DNA of 64,000 bases, from the NCBI GenBank assembly GCA_965219955.1, contig OZ244799.1:960001-1024000 (forward strand), given 5' to 3'. The translations under genes were made by a program, and so were the position numbers. The stretch is from a bacterium. Lineage in GTDB: Bacteria; UBA8248. Below are positions 31,876 through 41,094 of the stretch, one piece after another. Each line of letters begins with the position of its first letter. The stretch's first letter is position 1. Below the pieces are notes generated by a model. The model saw nothing but the letters and a program-made list of their open reading frames with translations, searched no databases and had not been told where the DNA came from.

Positions 31876-32423
31876 CAAAGGGTTTCCACGGATATGTTGT
31901 TGTTGGTGTAGACGCAGATGTCGGCTGCGATTTCCAGAGATTTTCTTACGATATCATCGGCGCCGAGGTCGGGTTCCAGGCTCAGGATTCCGCGCGCGGC
32001 GGCGATGGCCATCGACCCGCCGCTGCCGATGCCGAGCACGCCGTCGTCGGGCTCGATGATGTCGCCCGTGCCCGAGAGGATGAGCGAAGTATTCTCGTCC
32101 GCCACCGCCAGAAGGGCTTCGAGGCGGCGCAAGACCCTGTCCGTTCTCCAGTCCTTGCCCATCTCCACGGCGGCGCGCGAGAGGTTCCCCCGGTATTCCT
32201 CGAGTTTGCCCTCGAAGCGCTCGAACAGGGCGATGGCGTCGGAAGCGGAACCCGCGAAACCGGCGAGCACCTTGCCGTCGCCGAGCTTGCGGATATTCAC
32301 GGCCCCGTGCTTCACCGCCGCATTCCCCATGGTGACCTGCCCGTCCCCGCCCAGGGCCGTTCGCCCCCTGTAGCGCAGCGCGAGAATGGTTGTGGAGCGG
32401 ATGATTTCACCTGGCGTCGTCAT
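31875..32423 (-). CDS. hslV: ATP-dependent protease subunit HslV
   Basis: STTIL (Thr nucleophile after short propeptide), GDGQVT, GFAG, GSGG, CVYTN. Confidence 0.96.
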   Translation of the reverse strand: MTTPGEIIRSTTILALRYRGRTALGGDGQVTMGNAAVKHGAVNIRKLGDGKVLAGFAGSASDAIALFERFEGKLEEYRGNLSRAAVEMGKDWRTDRVLRRLEALLAVADENTSLILSGTGDIIEPDDGVLGIGSGGSMAIAAARGILSLEPDLGADDIVRKSLEIAADICVYTNNNISVETL

Positions 32424-32426
32424 CAG

Positions 32427-33365
32427 TCATCCTCGTTCGTGCTTCATCTTCGCCCTGGGGTGCGCGTCGTCGTAAACGGCGCGCAGGTGCGAGAAATCCA
32501 CCTGCGTGTATCTTTGCGTCGTGGACAGGCTCGCGTGCCCCAAAAGTTCCTGAATCGATCTCAGGTCGGCCTCCTGGCTCTCCAGCAAATGCGTCGCCGC
32601 CGTATGGCGGAGGGCATGAGGTGTGAAATGATAGCTGAAACCGCCTTTTTTTTCATACGCGCTGAAGATGGAGCGCACGAAGGCCGGCGAAATCCGCTTG
32701 TTCCGCTTGTTGATGAAAAGGGGAGAATCCTCGTTCGGATCTGTTTCTGCTTGCGTGAGATGGCCGGTTACGGCTTTGGCCGCCTCTTTGGTGATCGGCA
32801 CGATTCTCTCTTTTCTTCCTTTGCCGCGAACGCGGATGAGCCTTTCCGCCATGTTCAAATCCGAGTGGTTGAGCCCCGTCAATTCGCTGACCCGCAGGCC
32901 CGATCCGTAGAGAAGCTCGAAAATCGCCTTGTCCCTCATGCCTTCGGGGGTCGAGGTGTCGGGCATCTCCATGAGGCGAACGGCGTCATCGACGGGCAGG
33001 AAGGCAGGCAGGGGCCTTTTCTCTTTGGGAGAGGGCACCTCCCCCGCCGGGTCGGCCAAGGGCAATCCCTCTCGCCTTAAAAACCGGAAGAGGCTGCGTA
33101 TGGTCGACAGGTGCCGGTTCACCGTCGTCGCAGATACGCCCTTGCGGTATAAAAACCCGAGGTAGCCGCGGACGGCCAGCGAATCGATCTTGTCCAGCGG
33201 AACCGGCTGTTGCGCCCAATCGGTGAGAAACTCATCGAAATCTCTCAGGTCCGACGCGTACGCGCGAACGGTGTGCTCCGAACTGTCGCGCTCATCGCGC
33301 AGGTGCGCTTCAAACAACTCCCGGGCTTCGCTCAGGCTGTTTGTGAGGCGAATTTGTTTCGCCAT
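32427..33365 (-). CDS. xerC: Tyrosine recombinase XerC
   Basis: GLRVSEL, GKGRKER, HALRH, LGH, TQRY; conserved trmFO-xerC-hslV context. Confidence 0.88.
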   Translation of the reverse strand: MAKQIRLTNSLSEARELFEAHLRDERDSSEHTVRAYASDLRDFDEFLTDWAQQPVPLDKIDSLAVRGYLGFLYRKGVSATTVNRHLSTIRSLFRFLRREGLPLADPAGEVPSPKEKRPLPAFLPVDDAVRLMEMPDTSTPEGMRDKAIFELLYGSGLRVSELTGLNHSDLNMAERLIRVRGKGRKERIVPITKEAAKAVTGHLTQAETDPNEDSPLFINKRNKRISPAFVRSIFSAYEKKGGFSYHFTPHALRHTAATHLLESQEADLRSIQELLGHASLSTTQRYTQVDFSHLRAVYDDAHPRAKMKHERG

Positions 33366-34666
33366 TGCTCCAGATCCTCGATAGCGCGATTGGTGACGTG
33401 CTTTTTCCTGAATTTTTTGGGAACGCGCTTTTCCAGGGGCGGAAAGAGGCCGAAGTTGATGTTCATGGGCTGGAAATTTCTCGGATTCGCTTCGATGATG
33501 TAGCGGTTCAAGGCGCCGAGCGCAGTCGTCGCGGGCGGGGGCGTGATGGGTTCCCCCTGCATGATGGCCGCCGCGTTGATCCCGGCGATCAGGCCGATGG
33601 CGGCCGATTCGAGGTATCCCTCGACGCCGGTGAGTTGGCCCGCCATGAAAATATGCGGGTGACGCTTGAGTTGCAAGGTTATCCGCATCAGGCGCGGCGC
33701 ATTGATGTAGGTGTTCCGGTGGAGGCTTCCGTAGCGCAGAAAGCGCGCATTCCCGAGAGCGGGGAGCGTCGAGAAGATGCGCTTCTGCTCCGGGTAGCGC
33801 AGCCGGGTCTGAAAGCCCACCATGGAGAAGTAATCTCCCGTCAGATCCTCGCGCCTGAGTTGCGCGACCGCGCAGTAGGTCTCTCCCGTTTCGGGATGCT
33901 CCAGGCCCACGGGCTTCATGGGCCCGAACGCCAGGGTGTCTTTTCCGCGGGCGGCCATTTCTTCGAGAGGCAGGCAGCCCTCGAAGTAGATGGCGCGCTC
34001 GAATTCCCGCAGAGGGATTTTCTCGCCGTCGAGCAGATCCCCGACGAATTGGTAATACTGCGCTTCGTCGAGGCCCAGGTTGAGATAGTCGCCCTCGCCG
34101 CCTTCTTCGTTGCCCTTTCCGTAGCGCGACGCGGTGAACGCCACCGACATGTCGATGCTGTCCGCGTGCAGGATGGGCGAGATGGCGTCGTAGAAATAGA
34201 GGTACTTGCCTTGCGTCAGGCGGGCGATTTCTGCGGAGAGGGAATCGCTCGTCAGCGGGCCGGTGGCGACGATGGTGAGGGTTTTAGCCTCCAAATCCCT
34301 GATTTCTTCTCTGTGGATGGTGATTCGCGGGTCGTTTTCGATCGTTTCGGTGATCGCCTTGCTGAAAGACGCCCGGTCGACGGCCAGCGCCAGGCCAGCG
34401 GGAATCCGGCAGGAATCCGCTCCCCGCAGGATGAGCGAATCGAGCTTGCGCATCTCATCCTTCAGAAGGCCCGAGGCGTTTTCCACCGAATTCGAGCGGA
34501 AAGAATTCGAGCAGACGAGTTCGGCCAGCCCGCTGGTTTCATGGGCGGGCGTTTTCCTGTGGGGGCGCATCTCGTAGAGGTCGACTTCGACGCCCCGTCT
34601 GGCCGCCTGCCAGGCGGCCTCACAGCCCGCAAGGCCGCCGCCGATGATCCGCAGTCTCTCGCTCAA
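33332..34666 (-). CDS. trmFO: tRNA (uracil-5-)-methyltransferase TrmFO
   Basis: GGGLAGCEAA, AELVCSNS, YFYDA, GPMKPVGL, GVEGY. Confidence 0.96.
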   Translation of the reverse strand: MSERLRIIGGGLAGCEAAWQAARRGVEVDLYEMRPHRKTPAHETSGLAELVCSNSFRSNSVENASGLLKDEMRKLDSLILRGADSCRIPAGLALAVDRASFSKAITETIENDPRITIHREEIRDLEAKTLTIVATGPLTSDSLSAEIARLTQGKYLYFYDAISPILHADSIDMSVAFTASRYGKGNEEGGEGDYLNLGLDEAQYYQFVGDLLDGEKIPLREFERAIYFEGCLPLEEMAARGKDTLAFGPMKPVGLEHPETGETYCAVAQLRREDLTGDYFSMVGFQTRLRYPEQKRIFSTLPALGNARFLRYGSLHRNTYINAPRLMRITLQLKRHPHIFMAGQLTGVEGYLESAAIGLIAGINAAAIMQGEPITPPPATTALGALNRYIIEANPRNFQPMNINFGLFPPLEKRVPKKFRKKHVTNRAIEDLEQWRNKFASQTA

Positions 34667-37209
34667 GCCGAGGCCTCCCGGGCGGGAGCGTTTTTCGAGG
34701 CTTCCATCCGCTCGACGAGTTCAGGAGGGCATTCTACCGCATATCCGCACTCTTTTTGCGGGCAGACGAGTTGGTCCCCGTTCTTCTTTGTCGTCTTGAT
34801 GGTGAGGATGGGGTTCCCGCAGGAGGGGCAGGGCTGCGCCACGGGCCAGTCCCAGGCGACGGTCTTGCACCCGGGGAAGCGGTTGCACCCGTAAAACGGC
34901 TTTCCGGTGCGGCGGGAGCGCCGCTCCACAAACTCACCGTCGCAACCCTCGCGGGGGCAGGGCACGCCGGTCGACCTGGGCGCAGAAGCGGCCTGCCCGT
35001 TTCCGAGCGCCTTTCTTTTCTTATGGGTATCCGGGGATGCCGTGCACGAAAGATATATCCCGTAAGGCCCGCGTTTCGCCTGCATGGGCGCGCCGCACTC
35101 CTCGCAAGGCTGGGCGATTTCCTCGATGCGGGCCATCTCTTCCGCCGCTTCCGGCTCAGGCTCGCTATCGGTGGGGATATTCTCCGAATACCGACAGCCC
35201 GGATATCCCGAACAGGAGATGAACCAGCCGTTTCTGCTGAATTTCTTCACCAGTTCGCGCTCGCATTCAGGGCAATTCCTGCCGATTGGCTCTCCCTTCG
35301 TCTTCAGGTTCGGCAGTTCCTTTTTGGCTATCTGAATTTTCTTGTCGAAGTTGTCATAGAAATCTCTCATCACGGGCAGCCAGGGCGTCGTCCCGTTTTC
35401 GATGTCGTCGAGGTATTTTTCCATCTTCGCCGTGAAGCCCACGTCGATCTGGTCGGGAAAGCCCCGGATGAGGAGGCGGTTCACCTCCCGGCCAAGGGAG
35501 GAAGGCGTGAATTGCCTGCGTTTTCTTTCGATGGTGACGTATTTGCGCTTCTCCAGCGTGTCCAGGATGCTCGCGTATGTGCTCGGGCGGCCCACGCCGT
35601 CTTCCTCAAGCTCCTTCACCAAAGAGGCCTCCGTATAGCGCGGGGGAGGCTGGGTGAAGTGCTGCTCGGGCTTGACGCCCGTGGGAGCGGATTCGGATTT
35701 TATGAGCGATAGCGGGTCACCGTCTTCCAGGGGCGGCAGAAGCCTGTCCTGATCGGAGTTGGCTGGCCTGGCTTTCGGGGCGTCCACGTTGTTCGCAGGC
35801 TCGAAACTGGTTTCATATACCTTCAGGAAACCTTTGAATTTCAATATGGAACCGCTCGCCCGCAGGAGGAGTTCCTCATTGCCTTGAGGGTCGAGGGTGA
35901 TGTCCACGCTCGTCTGGTCGTAGACGGCCGGCGCCATCTGGCTTGCGAGGAAGCGCCTCCAGATGAGGCTGTAGAGGGAGAATTGCTCCGGTTTCAGGAA
36001 AGTCCGCACCTTCTCGGGCGTGAGCCCGACGTCGGTGGGCCGGATCGCCTCGTGCGCGTCCTGGGCGGTCTCTCTCGTCTTGAAGACGTTGGGTTTTTCG
36101 GGAAGGTGGTCTCGCCCGTATTTCGTCTCGATATAGGCGCGGGCCGCAGTGATGGACTCGGGCGCCAGGCGCACGGAATCCGTCCTCATGTAGGTGATGA
36201 GGCCGACGTTGCCCGCTTCGCGCCCTAAATTCACCCCTTCATACAATGACTGGGCGATGCTCATGGTCTTTTTTGCGCCATAGCGCAGTTTGCCGGAGCT
36301 TTCCTGCTGAAGGGTGCTGGTGATGAAAGGAGCGGGCGGCCTGCGCCGACGCTCTTTTTTCTCCACCCTGGAGACCCGCAAGCCGCCGCTCGCTATTTTC
36401 CCCGCCAGTTCCATCGCCCTGGCTTCATCCGGAATTTCCGCCTCTATCCCGTCGATTCGGTGCAGTTTGGCCTCAAAGGGGGGCTCAAGACCCGCTTTTT
36501 CCAGATGCGCCGTGATGCTCCAGTATTCTTTCGGCTCGAAGGCTTCTATCGCGTCTTCGCGCTCGCATATCAGTTTGAGCGCGACCGACTGCACCCGGCC
36601 CGCGCTGAGGCCGAATGCGACCTTGTTCCAGAGTATTTCGCCGGAGAGCTTGAAGCCGACGATTCTGTCCAGCTTCCGGCGGGTTTCCTGCGCGTCCACT
36701 TTTTTCTGATCGATCCGGCCGGGTTTCGAGAGCGCCTCCTGCACCGCCCGTTTCGTGATCTCGTTGAACGTCACCCGGTAGAATTCGCTTTCGGCCCCGG
36801 AAGCCCCGAGGAGTTCCTGGATATGCCAGGCGATGGCCTCACCCTCGCGGTCCGGGTCGGGGGCCAGATAAATCTCCTTCGCCGCCGTAGCCGCCCTGCG
36901 CAACTGGTCGATGGTCTTTGCTTTTTTCTGAATGACGCCGTAATCGGCCTGGAAATCGTTGTGGACGTCTATCCCCATTTTGCGCTCGCCCGTTTTCATC
37001 AAGTCCCGCACATGGCCCCGCGATGCGAGGATGTCGAAATCCGGGCCCAGGAATTTCTGGATGGTGCGCACCTTCGTCGGCGATTCCACGATGAGGAGCT
37101 TGGACGCGGATTTCCCGGCCTGCGCGGTTCGAGAAGCGCTTTTCCGGGTATTCTTCTTGCTCGAAGATCGCTTCGAAGCCGCTTTGTTCGGCGTTTTTTT
37201 GTCGTTCAT
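34663..37209 (-). CDS. topA: DNA topoisomerase I
   Basis: IVESP, DPDREGE, SAGRVQS, ITYMRTDS, GRPSTYA, C-terminal Zn ribbons. Confidence 0.97.
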   Translation of the reverse strand: MNDKKTPNKAASKRSSSKKNTRKSASRTAQAGKSASKLLIVESPTKVRTIQKFLGPDFDILASRGHVRDLMKTGERKMGIDVHNDFQADYGVIQKKAKTIDQLRRAATAAKEIYLAPDPDREGEAIAWHIQELLGASGAESEFYRVTFNEITKRAVQEALSKPGRIDQKKVDAQETRRKLDRIVGFKLSGEILWNKVAFGLSAGRVQSVALKLICEREDAIEAFEPKEYWSITAHLEKAGLEPPFEAKLHRIDGIEAEIPDEARAMELAGKIASGGLRVSRVEKKERRRRPPAPFITSTLQQESSGKLRYGAKKTMSIAQSLYEGVNLGREAGNVGLITYMRTDSVRLAPESITAARAYIETKYGRDHLPEKPNVFKTRETAQDAHEAIRPTDVGLTPEKVRTFLKPEQFSLYSLIWRRFLASQMAPAVYDQTSVDITLDPQGNEELLLRASGSILKFKGFLKVYETSFEPANNVDAPKARPANSDQDRLLPPLEDGDPLSLIKSESAPTGVKPEQHFTQPPPRYTEASLVKELEEDGVGRPSTYASILDTLEKRKYVTIERKRRQFTPSSLGREVNRLLIRGFPDQIDVGFTAKMEKYLDDIENGTTPWLPVMRDFYDNFDKKIQIAKKELPNLKTKGEPIGRNCPECERELVKKFSRNGWFISCSGYPGCRYSENIPTDSEPEPEAAEEMARIEEIAQPCEECGAPMQAKRGPYGIYLSCTASPDTHKKRKALGNGQAASAPRSTGVPCPREGCDGEFVERRSRRTGKPFYGCNRFPGCKTVAWDWPVAQPCPSCGNPILTIKTTKKNGDQLVCPQKECGYAVECPPELVERMEASKNAPAREASA

Positions 37210-37345
37210 TTACTTTCTCGCGCCCACCGGCTGTTTTTCGGGGCGCCACCTGCGGGTGAATTTTCCTGGTGAGCGGCTATTGTTATTGCGCGGGCCAATT
37301 CCTCAAGTCTGAATTTCCCTGTCGACGAGCGAACCGGACCTCCTT

Positions 37346-38533
37346 TCATGAAACCCGTTCGTACGTTCCTGAATTCGTCTGTCTCACGAGGCCTCCCAGC
37401 TCCAGGCGCAACAAGGCGGATGAAACTTCCTGCGCCGGCAGCCCCCGCTTCCGGGTCAGGCCCTCTATGGTGCTGTCTCCATTCTCCAGCAAGCGCAAAA
37501 GCGCGTTTTCATCATCCGTGAGATTCGGGTGCGGCGTCGCCTTTGGAACTTCTCCGGCTTCGCTTTTTTCGGGACCCAATCCCTTGACTCGAATCTGCGC
37601 TGGATTATCTAGCATATTTCGGGCGTATTCGGGAAGAGCGTTGATGATGTCATCCGCATTTTCCACCAGATGCGCTCCCTCCCGGAGGAGGTAATGGCAG
37701 CCGGCGCTCTTCCGGGTATGAACGGACCCGGGCACGGCCATCACCTCGCGCCCCTGTTCGAGCGCCAGCCGGGCGGTCAGGAGAGCGCCGCTTCGCTGCG
37801 CCGCCTCGACGACGACCGTCGCCAGGGACAAGCCGCTGATGAGCCGGTTTCTCCGGGGGAAATTCTCTTTTCTCGGTTGAGCGTGAAGGTGGAATTCGGA
37901 TACCACGGCGCCCTGGGCGGCGATCTCTTGTCTGAGTTCCTTGTGCTCGGCGGGATAGTTCCGGGTCAAACCGCACCCGAGGACGGCGATGGTTCTTCCC
38001 CCTGCCTCGAGCGTGGCCTTGTGGGCTTCCGCGTCGACCCCGTAGGCCATTCCGCTTACGATGGTGACTCCCTTTCTGGAGAGGTCGGCCGCAAGCTGTC
38101 TCGCCACTCGCCTTCCGTAGTCCGTCGGGCGCCGCATCCCGACGATGGCGACTGCAAGGCGATCCGCGGCAAGGATTTCCCCTTCGGTGAAAAATGCGCC
38201 CGGAGGGGCGAAGATCTCATGCAGGGGCTCGGGATATCGGGCGGAATCGCGCGTGATGACACTTGCGCCCAGGTTCGACGCCTCCCGGCGGATTCTGGCG
38301 GCCAGGTCGACCGGAGAATCCTTATCGAGAACTTCACGCGCCTTTCTGCCGCAAAGGCGGGCGAACACGTCGGGGGGCGCTTCCAGGGCATCCGCAGGGT
38401 GGGCGAATGCTTCCGTCAGCCGGTTCAGGCGCTCGGGCGTCATGCCCGGCAGGGTCTGCAAGACGAGCCAGGCATCGGCTTCGCTCAAAGAGTCCCGGTT
38501 CCCGGAACGCGTCATGGGATTGGAGGCGCTCAT
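37346..38533 (-). CDS. dprA: DNA-processing protein DprA
   Basis: VSGMAYGVD, FPRRNRLISG, SGALLTA, GREVMAVPG, C-terminal winged helix; start approximate. Confidence 0.93.
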   Translation of the reverse strand: MSASNPMTRSGNRDSLSEADAWLVLQTLPGMTPERLNRLTEAFAHPADALEAPPDVFARLCGRKAREVLDKDSPVDLAARIRREASNLGASVITRDSARYPEPLHEIFAPPGAFFTEGEILAADRLAVAIVGMRRPTDYGRRVARQLAADLSRKGVTIVSGMAYGVDAEAHKATLEAGGRTIAVLGCGLTRNYPAEHKELRQEIAAQGAVVSEFHLHAQPRKENFPRRNRLISGLSLATVVVEAAQRSGALLTARLALEQGREVMAVPGSVHTRKSAGCHYLLREGAHLVENADDIINALPEYARNMLDNPAQIRVKGLGPEKSEAGEVPKATPHPNLTDDENALLRLLENGDSTIEGLTRKRGLPAQEVSSALLRLELGGLVRQTNSGTYERVS

Positions 38534-38628
38534 CCACGATCTCCGGCTTTCATGAACCCTGAACCCATAACATGGATTCCGCATCTCCTGTCAAGATGCC
38601 GGAAAATTCAAGGCGAGGGGAGAAAGAT

Positions 38629-39432
38629 TTATTTTTTGTCATCGGGCTTTTTCCGTGTGAAATGCCGGAGATTCTGGAGCTGGACCCTCGCTTTTTTCGA
38701 TATGGGGTGTGCGGGGAAACTTTCCACCAGTTTTTCAAATTCAAGCGCTGCGTTGAGGGGGAAGTTCCGCCGGAGATAGGTGAGTCCCCGTTTGTAATAG
38801 GCGTCCGGAACTTTCCGGCTGTCGGGGTATCTTTTGATGAGGTTGAGGAACTCGTCCAGCGCTTCAGGGTATTGTTTGCGGGCGTAGTAGGCTTCCCCGA
38901 GCCAGTACCGGGAGTGAGCGGCCAACTGGCTTTTGGGGAACAGGCGCAGGAAAAGGCGGAATCCGCGAATGGCCGCCTCGTTCTTCCCGTCCCGGACGGC
39001 GCGATAGGATTTGTTGTAGAGCACTTGCGGCGTGACTGACGCGCGCCCGGGTTTTTCCGGCGCTGCGGCCGGCTTGTCGGGCGCGGGTTTGGGTGTTCCC
39101 GCCGGTCGTCGCGGGGGCGAGGAAGCCGGAAAACTCTTTGCGATGATGTTTTCCCGCCTCAGCCTTTCTACAGTGGCTCCCAGATTACTGCCTATCATTT
39201 TCAGTTCGCGGATTTCCCCGGTGAGCCTCTCGATTTTCCTGGTGGATTCGGACACTTGAGCCTCGAGGCGCGCATTTCGTTCTTTGGCGGCGGACAGTTC
39301 TTTTTCAAGCGCTTTCGTGTCGGAAGCACGCTGTGGCGCATCTGAAGTGGCCGATTCTGGATTGAACTGGGGGAAATTGGCGCACCCCGCCATGAACATA
39401 GCGAATGCCAGCGCGCATGCACTCCGCCGCAT
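38629..39432 (-). CDS. ybgF: Tol-Pal associated protein YbgF/CpoB (lipoprotein, coiled coil + TPR)
   Basis: MAGC lipobox, coiled coil, YWLGEAYY, YPDSRKVPDA. Confidence 0.8.
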   Translation of the reverse strand: MRRSACALAFAMFMAGCANFPQFNPESATSDAPQRASDTKALEKELSAAKERNARLEAQVSESTRKIERLTGEIRELKMIGSNLGATVERLRRENIIAKSFPASSPPRRPAGTPKPAPDKPAAAPEKPGRASVTPQVLYNKSYRAVRDGKNEAAIRGFRLFLRLFPKSQLAAHSRYWLGEAYYARKQYPEALDEFLNLIKRYPDSRKVPDAYYKRGLTYLRRNFPLNAALEFEKLVESFPAHPISKKARVQLQNLRHFTRKKPDDKK

Positions 39433-39483
39433 GTCGTCTGTCCTCAGGGCGGCAACATCACAGAAAAAACGCAGGGCGCCTCG

Positions 39484-41094
39484 TTACAGGCGGACGACCT
39501 CGAAGCCTTCGCGATGCAGTTCGGCGTCGCCTTTGATGACGAGTTGTATGTTGAGCAGGCTTTCGAGTTCTTCCACGTGTCGTCTTTCTTCATCGAGAAG
39601 AAGATCCACAACCTCGGGGTGGACGTTGATGAGGAATTTTGCGGCATCCTTGTGCGCTCTTCTCATCCGGCGCACTTCCCGCATGGCTTCATAGCTCACC
39701 GAAATCGCGGATTTCACCTGTCCACGACCCTCACAGTAGGGGCACGCGGTGCAGAGTGTTCTCTGGATGCTGTCGCGGACGCGCTTTCGGGTCATCTCGA
39801 CGAGCCCGAGTTCGCTTATCTTCAGGATGTTGGTGCGCGAGCGGTCTTTTCTGAGTTCTTCCTTGAAGGTGTTGAATACTTTGTCCCTGTTCTCTTCTTT
39901 TTCCATGTCGATGAAATCGACGATGATGATTCCGCCCAGGTTGCGCAGGCGCAACTGGGCTACGATTTCCCGCACCGCCTCGAGATTGGTTTCGAGAATC
40001 GTCTCCTCCGGGCTCTTCTTGCCCACGAATCGTCCGGTGTTGACGTCGATCGTCGTAAGCGCCTCGGTCTGATCGATCACGATGTAGCCGCCGTTCCTGA
40101 GCCACACGCGCTGCCCGAGCGCGCGTTCGAGTTCGAGTTCGACCCCGAAATAATCGAATATCGGTTCATCGCCGTCGTAGTGCTGGAGTTTTGGAACCAG
40201 GTGCGGATAGTAGTTCTGCAGGAATTTCCTGGTCTTCAGGTATTGATCCTTGTCGTCGATGATCATCCTGGAGACGGAAGAGTTGAACAGGTCCCTGACG
40301 GTCCGCTCTATGATGTTCAGATTCATGTGAATCCGGGACGGGGCGGAAGCCGAGTCGTTTTTGATCAGAATATCTTCCCAGAGCGCGTGCAGGAAGTTCA
40401 CGTTGGCTTCGATGTCCTGGGCCGGCATGGTTTCGCTCGCCGTGCGCACGATGTATCCGGCTCCTGGCTGACGGTTTCTGCGCACCAGTTTTTTGAGCCT
40501 TTTTCGCTCATCTTCATTTTCGATTCGTCTGCTGATGCCGATTTGCTTGATGGTGGGCATGTAGACCACGTACCGGCCGGGCAGGGTGATATAGCTCGTA
40601 AGCCGGGACCCTTTGGTGCCCAGGGGTTCTTTGCTGACCTGGACGATGACGTCCTGGCCGTCTTTCAGCAGGTCTTCTATGTGTCGGTCTTCCTTATCCC
40701 AACGACGCGAACGTTTGCTGATTATGGTGCGCTGAGAACCGTTCTGCTGCTCGTAATCGCCGTTGTCGTGTTCATCCCCGTTGCCGAAGTCATTGCCCTC
40801 GAAATCCAGGTCATCGTCGTCATCCGCCTGTTCGGCCGCGAGTTTTCTGTAATTCTCGATGGACTCGATGGTATCCACGTCGCTCACGTAGAGAAAGCCC
40901 GCTTTTTCCAGCCCGATGTCCACGAACGCCGCCTGCATCCCGGGCAGCACTTTCGTCACTTTTCCCTTGTAAATGTTGCCGACGATGCTCTTGCCGCTTT
41001 CGCGTTCGATATACAGCTCGGCCGCCACCCCGTTTTCAAGCAGAGCGATGCGCGTCTCGAACGGCTCGGCGTTGACGACGATTTCAGACGGCAT
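39484..41094 (-). CDS. rng: Ribonuclease E/G family
   Basis: GNIYKGKV, AAFVDIG, IDVNTG, GGIIIVDFIDM, CPYCEG; no long degradosome scaffold. Confidence 0.92.
   Translation of the reverse strand: MPSEIVVNAEPFETRIALLENGVAAELYIERESGKSIVGNIYKGKVTKVLPGMQAAFVDIGLEKAGFLYVSDVDTIESIENYRKLAAEQADDDDDLDFEGNDFGNGDEHDNGDYEQQNGSQRTIISKRSRRWDKEDRHIEDLLKDGQDVIVQVSKEPLGTKGSRLTSYITLPGRYVVYMPTIKQIGISRRIENEDERKRLKKLVRRNRQPGAGYIVRTASETMPAQDIEANVNFLHALWEDILIKNDSASAPSRIHMNLNIIERTVRDLFNSSVSRMIIDDKDQYLKTRKFLQNYYPHLVPKLQHYDGDEPIFDYFGVELELERALGQRVWLRNGGYIVIDQTEALTTIDVNTGRFVGKKSPEETILETNLEAVREIVAQLRLRNLGGIIIVDFIDMEKEENRDKVFNTFKEELRKDRSRTNILKISELGLVEMTRKRVRDSIQRTLCTACPYCEGRGQVKSAISVSYEAMREVRRMRRAHKDAAKFLINVHPEVVDLLLDEERRHVEELESLLNIQLVIKGDAELHREGFEVVRL

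Noticed and set aside
32427-33365. Tyrosine recombinase as a phage or island integrase
   Set aside because: Housekeeping trmFO-xerC-hslVU context, no att sites or cargo; no dif-like site recognised.
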